The notes below the pieces were generated by a model, which saw only the letters and a list, made by a program, of their open reading frames with translations, was not told the DNA's origin and searched no databases. A DNA stretch of 32,000 bases from Nitrososphaera viennensis EN76 (GTDB lineage: Archaea > Thermoproteota > Nitrososphaeria > Nitrososphaerales > Nitrososphaeraceae). Shown piece by piece: positions 26,188 to 32,000 of this stretch (position 1 is its first letter; the number at the start of each line of letters is the position of its first letter). Position numbers and translations under genes: made by a program. The stretch is from the NCBI RefSeq assembly GCF_000698785.1, contig NZ_CP007536.1, positions 1,890,001-1,922,000 of the forward strand, read 5' to 3'.

Positions 26188-26349
26188 ATGATAGGCGCCA
26201 TTATTACCGCAATCATACTCATAATTTTAGGCGGTGTGTTAATTTCTTCAGGTGCTTCAACAGACACAATCGCAACATGGCCGCTGATTTTAGGCGGAGT
26301 TGTTGCAGTCGGTATAGGCGTTGTTTTGATCTGGAAAGCGATTACGTAA
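26188..26349 (+). CDS. Small two-TM membrane protein (53 aa), below the track cutoff
   Basis: Own translation: MIGAIITAIILIILGGVLISSGASTDTIATWPLILGGVVAVGIGVVLIWKAIT*. It competes with the antisense track ORFs 26181..26387 and 26290..26472. Confidence 0.35.
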   Translation: MIGAIITAIILIILGGVLISSGASTDTIATWPLILGGVVAVGIGVVLIWKAIT

Positions 26350-26518
26350 ACATGCCTTCCAACCAAGAAAGAATCCACCAAGCGCAATGGTAGAGAATAG
26401 GCTTGTCACTACAAGGATATTCACAAGGTAATCTGCAAACGTGCCAAATGCAAAGGGAAATGGAAATGCCACATCTTGTATGTGGCAAAGGAAGCTTTAT
26501 GGCTATCGCTCAGCGTTT

Positions 26519-26668
26519 TTAGAACCCTTCCTTTGAGTATGTCGTTTGAAATCCCGACAAGAACTTTTTGACCGCTCGATCTACCATTGCAGGTAGCTCG
26601 TTGATGTCGTCTGTCGTCACTTCAAGTTCGTAGTTGTTTCCGTGTTTTATTCTGATGGTGTTTGCCAT
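26519..26668 (-). CDS. Small hypothetical protein (49 aa), below the track cutoff
   Basis: Own translation: MANTIRIKHGNNYELEVTTDDINELPAMVDRAVKKFLSGFQTTYSKEGF*. On the minus strand a ttttaaataat TATA-like box lies about 30 nt upstream of the ATG. Confidence 0.35.
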   Translation of the reverse strand: MANTIRIKHGNNYELEVTTDDINELPAMVDRAVKKFLSGFQTTYSKEGF

Positions 26669-26732
26669 GATTGACGCTTGTTTTGAGTATTATTTAAAAT
26701 CCCACGCACCCGCAGGGGAGGGAGGTAGAGCC

Positions 26733-26755
26733 ATCACAAATTACGCAACAGTATC
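26733..26755. repeat. Right terminal inverted repeat ATCACAAATTACGCAACAGTATC
   Basis: Its reverse complement matches 23122-23144 at 22 of 23 positions. Confidence 0.85.
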
Positions 26756-26763
26756 CTAACGAT
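26756..26763. repeat. Right copy of the 8-bp target-site duplication CTAACGAT
   Basis: It lies immediately outside the right IR and is identical to 23114-23121. Confidence 0.8.
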
Positions 26764-26824
26764 CGTTGTTTGCCCTGAACGGCGGCTCTAACGCTTTAGT
26801 ATTACCTCGTGCCGTGTGTATCTT

Positions 26825-27262
26825 ATGCCTGCCGGGCAGGGCAACGAGGACGATGACGACGAGGAGATCGTCACCCTGGCGGTGAACAGGAGGACGATGG
26901 GGGTTATCCGGGACTTTGCTGCAGGCCAGGGCCTCGACGCCAGGATGGTGGACTCGAAGGACAGCAAGAACGTGGTGTCGATGGTGGTGAGGCACGACGG
27001 CGGGGAGCACTTTTCCTTCTTTTGCGCCCGGTGCTTTAGCCACTTTTTCAACCTGCTAACGCTAAAGAGGGTCTCTGTGGAGCACGACCCGTCCACCATA
27101 TTCATCAGGCTGGAGCTGGCAACCGACGAGGTGGACGGCATGAAGCACTACCTCGACGAGGTGCTCGAGGAGATAAAGAGCAGCAAGAGCAGGAAAGAAG
27201 AAGAAGAAGCAGCAGCTGCTGCTCCTCCGGCAATGCGCAACAACGCGGACCGGGGAAAGTAA
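26825..27262 (+). CDS. Hypothetical acidic protein
   Basis: The track ORF starts at GTG 26816; the ATG at 26825 gives MPAGQGNEDDDDEE.... It has a central FFCARCFSHFF segment and a Glu/Ala-rich tail. No family recognised. Confidence 0.45.
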   Translation: MPAGQGNEDDDDEEIVTLAVNRRTMGVIRDFAAGQGLDARMVDSKDSKNVVSMVVRHDGGEHFSFFCARCFSHFFNLLTLKRVSVEHDPSTIFIRLELATDEVDGMKHYLDEVLEEIKSSKSRKEEEEAAAAAPPAMRNNADRGK

Positions 27263-27451
27263 ATGGAGAAGGGGCGGCAGCGGCCAGCAATTTGCGCAAT
27301 GTGCGGAAAGGCCATGGCGTACCCTGCTGCTGCAGCGGTGATAGAGACGCTTGACGGGCTGGACTATGCCTTTGATTCCCGGGACTGCGCGCTCTTGTTC
27401 AAAAAGTTCACGAGCCTGTACGGCAAGGACTTCTTTTTCGTCAAGGTTTAG
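27263..27451 (+). CDS. Small Cys-containing protein, degenerate TRASH/YHS-like
   Basis: 62 aa with ICAMCGK...DYAFDSRDCALLFKKF. This resembles the CxxC...(F)Cxx(x)C..F TRASH/YHS layout, with one Cys replaced by Asp. Its ATG directly follows the upstream TAA. Confidence 0.4.
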   Translation: MEKGRQRPAICAMCGKAMAYPAAAAVIETLDGLDYAFDSRDCALLFKKFTSLYGKDFFFVKV

Positions 27452-27463
27452 TTAGCTAGTTAG

Positions 27464-28948
27464 CTAGCTAGCAAGCCTTGCGGGCACTTTGGGGTTGCCA
27501 AAGTCCGCGCCCGATGCCGAGTACACCTTGATCGCCTGCCCGTGCTTGATCGTAAATTTCGGGCTCACCAGCTTTATTGTCGCCCTGTACTCGTCTTTCA
27601 GGTTTATCAGCTGCTCTGCCAGGCTGTCTGCCAGGAGTATGTGCCTGTCGTCGCCGATGTCCATCACCCTGCGCGCAAGGATGATGCCGGGGCCCCACAC
27701 GTTCTGGTTGCCGTTGATGTCGGACACCACGAACACCGGGCCTGCGCTCAGCCCTATCCTGACGCCGATGGCCTCCCCGGCGCCGGCGGCGCCCCTGTTA
27801 AAAACGCCCAGCTTGCGGTGCAGCTGCATGCTCAGCTGCAGGGGAAGCTCGGGGTTCATCAGAAAGCCGATGGCCATCCCGTCCCCGGTGGGGAGGATTA
27901 TCCTCTTGTCCCTTGGCGCCTTTGCAACAGCGTCGCAGGAGCTGATGAGCCTGTTGAGGTTCTCTATCTTTTTGATCTGCTTTTCCACTGACAGCGAAGG
28001 GTCCGAAAGCCCGACGATGTCTATGAAGAAAAAGCTGGCGTTTACGACGCCGACGGGAATGGCGGCAGGGTGGATCACGCTTGAGCCGTAAATGTCGCTC
28101 AGCTTCCTGTACGTTTCAAGGCAGTGCGGGTGGAACGGGGCGTCTTCTGCGTCATAAGCCACCTTGCCCGCGATAGGCTTGTCGCACAGCTTGCATATTG
28201 TCATCGCCAGCTCTGCCTGTTCCTGTTCATCCTGCCCAAACGCCAGGGAGCCTTCTTGTGTTATCGAGAACCTTGCCCAGACGGGGTTGTGGTACGTCCC
28301 CCTGACTGCAAGCAGCCGCAGGCTCCTTGCAAGCTCTTTTCCCTCGTCCTCAAGCTTTATCTGCAGCGTGCCGTCCAAGAGCGACGCGACGGTGTCAGAC
28401 AGGTCCCTTGAAGGCGTGGTCGTGAGCGTGACTACTGCCATTGCGCCAGCGTTTCTCAAAGCACTGGCAAGCCCTGCGACAAACTCTAGCACCTCGCTTT
28501 CTGAAAAGTGGGGGAGGAGGTGGGTGATAGAGTCGACAGCGACTCTTGCCGGCGCGCCGGAAGAAGCAGCAACAGAGCCGCGCACCTGCTCCAGCAGGAC
28601 CGCCGCTGCGCCGGCCGGATCCTTTGCTTTTTTTCCGCTCCTGGCAGAGGAAGAGGAGGCGGCGATAGTAGTGGTGGTGGGCGCAACAAACAGCACTACT
28701 TCCGCCTCCTGGCTCCCAACCAGTCTTTTGAATTTCTCCTCGGAAAAGAGCGGGTCGAGGCTGACATACACGCAGCGCTCCCCTGCCGCAATCCCGTCGC
28801 GCAGAAACTGCATGCAGTACATAGTCTTGCCCGAGCCGGCAGGCCCGGTGAGCAAAAAGGCTCCCCGTGGGAGCGCGCCCTTGAAAAAAACGTGGCGCCG
28901 GCCGGGGATCACTTCTTTTTTTTCTTCATCGTGCACGGATTTGACCAA
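27464..28948 (-). CDS. Fusion protein: KaiC/RecA-like ATPase + LIM-like zinc finger + class III nucleotidyl (adenylate/guanylate) cyclase domain
   Basis: 494 aa with a TTG start (uncertain). The N-terminal part is GALPRGAFLLTGPAGSGKTMYCMQFL (Walker A) plus RVAVDSIT (Walker B-like). The middle has C252-x2-C-x17-H-x2-C276 (CKLCDKP...FHPHC). The C-terminal part has FFFIDIVGLS, LPTGDGMAIGF, VRIGLSAGPVFV and GPGIILARRV, the cyclase-homology-domain pattern. Confidence 0.75.
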   Translation of the reverse strand: MVKSVHDEEKKEVIPGRRHVFFKGALPRGAFLLTGPAGSGKTMYCMQFLRDGIAAGERCVYVSLDPLFSEEKFKRLVGSQEAEVVLFVAPTTTTIAASSSSARSGKKAKDPAGAAAVLLEQVRGSVAASSGAPARVAVDSITHLLPHFSESEVLEFVAGLASALRNAGAMAVVTLTTTPSRDLSDTVASLLDGTLQIKLEDEGKELARSLRLLAVRGTYHNPVWARFSITQEGSLAFGQDEQEQAELAMTICKLCDKPIAGKVAYDAEDAPFHPHCLETYRKLSDIYGSSVIHPAAIPVGVVNASFFFIDIVGLSDPSLSVEKQIKKIENLNRLISSCDAVAKAPRDKRIILPTGDGMAIGFLMNPELPLQLSMQLHRKLGVFNRGAAGAGEAIGVRIGLSAGPVFVVSDINGNQNVWGPGIILARRVMDIGDDRHILLADSLAEQLINLKDEYRATIKLVSPKFTIKHGQAIKVYSASGADFGNPKVPARLAS

Positions 28949-29005
28949 AAGCTGTGTGCCCTCTCTTTCTCTTTCTCGGTATGATCATGAACCGAAACGT
29001 CAGCC

Positions 29006-29881
29006 TTAAACTTTGATCTGCATGGCCTCGATGAGCCTTTCCACCTGCTTTGTGAACGGGTGGCCCGGCTGCACAAGGGCAGTCAGGAACTCCTTCCTGC
29101 TGAACTGTATGTCGCAATAGCACGGTATCGAGGAAATGACTTCCATGCCCGTCTTGCCGGCAAGCACGCCGGCAATGTCTGCGCTCCCTTCTTCAATCAT
29201 CGTCATCCTACCGGCACTGCTGCCCGCAAAACGGGCTTCGGGCACGCAGTAGCCTGCCACCCTGTTCAGCAGCAGGAACGACCTCGTGCCGTACTTTGTC
29301 AGCGAGCTGTATATCTCGGAGGCGAGCTTGTTCGTGCCCTCGATGTCAATGTCGCCCATCTTCAGGGTGAGAAAGAGCGCGTCGGCCACGGCAAGCGCGT
29401 TGATGGACCAGTACCGTATGCCGGGGCTGGTGTCGATTATGATGTAATCCGGGCCGTAGTTGGAGATGAGCTGCTCGCGCAAGAGTATGAACCTGCGCAG
29501 TTGCGACTTTGACGATTCAACCGTGCTGCTGTCCAGCTTGTAGACCTCCTCCTTTCGCATGCTGCAAAAGCCGATCCACAGCTTTCCGCCGTCCCTCATG
29601 ACGTTCTTTATATCATTATCATGTTTCCGGGTGTATTCGCGGACAGTCTCCGTGACGTCGGTCATGACGTCTTCCACTGCTGCGTCGCCGAGGAGGTAGT
29701 CGTTGAGCCACTTTTCTGGCTCGCTTCCAAAATAGGTGTAGAGGCTTGGCGCATAGACGTCAAGGTCAAGGAGCGCCACCTTGAAGCCTTTTTTTGCCAA
29801 GAGCGCGGCGCAGTTTGCGGCGATGGTCGTCTTGCCAGTGCCCCCCTTGTAAGAATGAAAGGCGACGCACTTGGTGGCCAT
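29006..29881 (-). CDS. ParA/MinD-family P-loop ATPase
   Basis: 291 aa. It has the deviant Walker A VAFHSYKGGTGKTTIAANCA and the Walker B-like YIIIDTSPG. Confidence 0.8.
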   Translation of the reverse strand: MATKCVAFHSYKGGTGKTTIAANCAALLAKKGFKVALLDLDVYAPSLYTYFGSEPEKWLNDYLLGDAAVEDVMTDVTETVREYTRKHDNDIKNVMRDGGKLWIGFCSMRKEEVYKLDSSTVESSKSQLRRFILLREQLISNYGPDYIIIDTSPGIRYWSINALAVADALFLTLKMGDIDIEGTNKLASEIYSSLTKYGTRSFLLLNRVAGYCVPEARFAGSSAGRMTMIEEGSADIAGVLAGKTGMEVISSIPCYCDIQFSRKEFLTALVQPGHPFTKQVERLIEAMQIKV

Positions 29882-29979
29882 ATGGCATTGTTACTGCGTC
29901 AGGCTACAATATAGCAATTTCCTGCTTTGCTTTTCTTCTCAAGTTTAAATTCTCTTGTTATCTTGTAGTACGCCAGAGT
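29882..29979. promoter_or_regulatory. Divergent promoter region (ParA-like / ArsR-like)
   Basis: tttaaat (29944-29950) lies 30-36 nt upstream of the ATG at 29980. ctatattg (reverse complement of 29907-29914) lies about 25-33 nt upstream of the ATG at 29881. The geometry fits short-leader or leaderless archaeal transcripts. Confidence 0.4.
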
Positions 29980-30312
29980 ATGACCGACCCGGACGCCCGG
30001 CGCCTCTTGTGGTTCCTCTTTGCCGGCTCCCGGGGCGGCGAAAACCGGATCAAGATCATAGGCCTCTTGAAGGAAAGGCCGTACAACACGAACCAGCTTG
30101 CAGAGGCGATGGGCCTCGACTACAAGGCCATCCAGCACCACATACACGTGCTGGAGAAAAACAACATGGTCACAAGGGCAGGCGAAAAGTACGGCGTGCT
30201 TTACTTCATATCGCCGTACCTTGAGCACAACATCGGCGCGTTTGACGAGGTCAGGGCAGCCATCGACAAGAAAATGGGAAGCAGTAGCAATAAAAGATCT
30301 GGAAAAAAGTAA
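29980..30312 (+). CDS. ArsR-family winged-helix transcriptional regulator
   Basis: The internal ATG of track ORF 29794..30312 gives MTDPDARRLLWFLFAGSRGGENRIKIIGLLKERPYNTNQLAEAMGLDYKAIQHHIHVLEKNNMV. This is the HTH pattern of ArsR/SmtB-like proteins. Confidence 0.75.
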   Translation: MTDPDARRLLWFLFAGSRGGENRIKIIGLLKERPYNTNQLAEAMGLDYKAIQHHIHVLEKNNMVTRAGEKYGVLYFISPYLEHNIGAFDEVRAAIDKKMGSSSNKRSGKK

Positions 30313-30352
30313 ATAAGATGAATCGGTTGCGCTTCAATGTAGTAACAACGCT

Positions 30353-30643
30353 ATGGCAATGCTGATGGACGTTAGCGCGGCTGTGAGCCTGGTAAACATC
30401 GGGATACTGGCCGTGCTCCTTGCCATGTACGGGCGCATATACCGCAACACGAGGGCGGTGTTCACGCTCGGCCTCATGTTCTTTGCAGGCATGCTTGTCC
30501 TCCACAACGCCATAGCGGTCTATGGATACTTTGCGATGGCCCCACTCTATGCCGAGGCGCTCCTGCCGTACTTCGTGGGCGTGCACATTGCGGAACTTGC
30601 CGGCATCGCCACGCTCCTGAAGGTCACGCTCAGGCCGCTCTGA
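30353..30643 (+). CDS. Small three-TM membrane protein
   Basis: 96 aa with three hydrophobic helices. It lies directly downstream of the ArsR-like gene. Confidence 0.5.
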   Translation: MAMLMDVSAAVSLVNIGILAVLLAMYGRIYRNTRAVFTLGLMFFAGMLVLHNAIAVYGYFAMAPLYAEALLPYFVGVHIAELAGIATLLKVTLRPL

Positions 30644-30711
30644 CTGGTAATCTGGTGCAGATCTGGAAAAAAGTATATCAGCAAAATCTGCAAAGCACCG
30701 CATGAATTAGT

Positions 30712-31521
30712 GTGGTAGTAGAGACAAGCGTGCTTGTATCCGCGCTTGCAGGCGCAGGTTCGTTCTTTTCGCCGTGCATACTTCCAATACTGCCGGCGTT
30801 CATTTCGTACCTTTCTGGCACGACTCTATCGGAGGTGCAGAACCAGAATCGGGACCAAGGTCAGGGTCAGCAGGCATCAGCTGCCGGTGGCGGCTCATCA
30901 TCGTCATCATCAGTCACGTTAAAGCGCTCTACGCGCCTCAACATCTTTCTCAACACCGTGTATTTCGTGCTGGGCTTTTCGCTCGTTTTTGCGGTGCTCG
31001 GCGTCATTTTTAATTCGGTGCTTGCCGGCGCTGGCGCAGGCTTTCAGGGCACGCTGCAGGCAGCCGGCGGCATAGTGATCATCGTTTTTGGAGCCTACCT
31101 CATACTCTCCACAAAGATTGCAAAACTCAATTTTGAAAAGCGCATGACAAACCTCCCGAAATTCAAGACCAGCTACATCACTTCGTTTGTCTTTGGGGCG
31201 GCGTTTGCGTCGGGGTGGACGCCGTGCGTCGGGCCTATCCTTGGAAGCACGCTTGCCCTTGCCGCAACTTCGCCGGGGGCCGCGTACAATTCGCTCCTTG
31301 CTTATGCCATCGGCCTTGGCGTGCCGTTTCTGATAACGGGCGCGTTCTTTTCGCAGGCGACCGGCGTCATCCGCAGGATGGTCAGGCACCTGAAGTATTT
31401 CAACCTGATAATGGGAGGCGTGCTCATCCTGCTGGGCATACTGGTGTTCACCAACCAGCTGGCAGCCATTGCCAACTTTCCGCTTGCCGACCAGATAATC
31501 AACCTGGAGAGGGGGATTTGA
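30712..31521 (+). CDS. ccdA: CcdA/DsbD-family thiol:disulfide electron-transfer membrane protein
   Basis: 269 aa with a GTG start. It has FFSPCILPILPAF and GWTPCVGPILG, the two conserved Cys-Pro motifs. A low-complexity Gln/Gly/Ser insert follows TM1. Confidence 0.8.
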   Translation: MVVETSVLVSALAGAGSFFSPCILPILPAFISYLSGTTLSEVQNQNRDQGQGQQASAAGGGSSSSSSVTLKRSTRLNIFLNTVYFVLGFSLVFAVLGVIFNSVLAGAGAGFQGTLQAAGGIVIIVFGAYLILSTKIAKLNFEKRMTNLPKFKTSYITSFVFGAAFASGWTPCVGPILGSTLALAATSPGAAYNSLLAYAIGLGVPFLITGAFFSQATGVIRRMVRHLKYFNLIMGGVLILLGILVFTNQLAAIANFPLADQIINLERGI

Positions 31522-31527
31522 TATAAT

Positions 31528-32000
31528 ATGAACCGCGACAGCGCAAGCGCCCTTGCCGTGGGCGTCGCGGTGGTGGTGCTCATCGCCGGCTTTGGCTTTT
31601 ACTTCAACAGCCCCGAGCTGAACAGCAAGGCGTCGGCAGGCCCGGGTGAAATAATCCCGGCAGGCACCGCCAATATTGCAAAAACGCACGCGGACAAGTC
31701 GCAATTCAAGCAGGCACCAGAGCTTGCAGGCATCTCCAACTACATCAACTCGCAGCCGTTCAAGCTTGCCGACCTGAAGGGCAAGGTGGTGCTCGTCGAT
31801 TTCTGGACGTACAGCTGCATCAACTGCATCCGCACTATTCCGTATCTGAACGCGTGGTATGAAAAGTACGCCGACCACGGGCTGGTCATTGTAGGAGTCA
31901 GCACGCCTGAGTTTGACTTTGAAAAGAATCCCGAAAACGTCCAGGCCGCGGTGGAAAAGTTCGGGATAAAGTACCCCGTCGTGCAGGACAACGACCGTGG
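31528..32000 (+). CDS. Membrane-anchored thioredoxin-fold protein (DipZ C-terminal-like / redoxin); the 3' end runs off the window
   Basis: Own translation from the ATG at 31528: MNRDSASALAVGVAVVVLIAGFGF...LKGKVVLVDFWTYSCINCIRTIPYLNAWYEKYADHGLVIVGVSTPEFDFEK. It has a CxxC active site. It is not in the track because it is open-ended. Confidence 0.8.
   Translation, partial: MNRDSASALAVGVAVVVLIAGFGFYFNSPELNSKASAGPGEIIPAGTANIAKTHADKSQFKQAPELAGISNYINSQPFKLADLKGKVVLVDFWTYSCINCIRTIPYLNAWYEKYADHGLVIVGVSTPEFDFEKNPENVQAAVEKFGIKYPVVQDNDR

Larger units (their letters stand above)
23122..26755. mobile_element. IS6-family-type transposon-like element (3634 bp) with cargo genes
   Basis: It is bounded by 23-bp inverted repeats (22/23 match) and a perfect 8-bp direct repeat. 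The interior is visibly AT-rich (spot counts about 35-40% GC, against 55-70% in the flanks). It encodes an IS240-type DDE transposase. Confidence 0.8.

Noticed and set aside
26290-26472. A 60-aa minus-strand ORF with a GTG start and one TM
   Set aside because: It overlaps the 3' end of the cleaner two-TM plus-strand ORF 26188-26349, and its C-terminal part looks like antisense of a TM segment. It cannot be excluded, because it could follow the 49-aa ORF in an operon, so I left it unannotated.
30919-31878. A 319-aa minus-strand ORF
   Set aside because: It is antisense to CcdA and the thioredoxin-fold gene, both of which have diagnostic Cys motifs. The product is Arg-rich and low in information.
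1-32000. A search for CRISPR arrays, tRNA and rRNA genes
   Set aside because: I saw no regularly spaced direct repeats, no T-loop/acceptor-stem pattern such as GGTTCGAATCC, and no rRNA-like conserved blocks. The only tandem-like repeats are coding low-complexity regions.

Overview
This window looks like archaeal chromosome. It carries archaeosine tRNA-guanine transglycosylase, archaeal-type NMN adenylyltransferase, a KH-less beta-CASP RNase, an Sm-like protein, a Fap7-type kinase, TATA boxes about 25-35 nt upstream of start codons, and many 4-14 nt gene overlaps. The GC-rich core and a PEFG-type C-terminal sorting signal suggest a Nitrososphaera-like thaumarchaeon, but that is inference and not verified. 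Most of the window is housekeeping: metG, cysS, ahcY, tgtA, nfi, a DEAD-box helicase, and redox, Fe-S and thiol-disulfide genes. Four regions stand out. (1) 23114-26763 is an AT-rich 3.6-kb element with 23-bp terminal inverted repeats (22/23 match) and a perfect 8-bp direct duplication (CTAACGAT). It carries an IS6/IS240-type DDE transposase that is translationally coupled to a ribbon-helix-helix gene and a small coiled-coil gene, plus several unrecognisable membrane and small ORFs. (2) About 18230-19781 is a second AT-rich islet encoding a protein with a HEPN-like Rx4H motif. The preceding ORF is separated from it only by a stop codon next to an A7 run, so the two may be one frameshifted gene of about 440 aa. 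(3) 27464-29881 encodes a ParA/MinD-type ATPase followed by an unusual fusion of a KaiC/RecA-like ATPase, a LIM-like zinc finger and a class III nucleotidyl-cyclase domain. An ArsR regulator is divergent from this pair. (4) There are tandem paralogous methyltransferases, three clustered zinc-ribbon genes, and an RGG/GY-tailed helicase. I recognised no rRNA, tRNA or CRISPR array. All family calls come from motif reading by eye, not from database searches.
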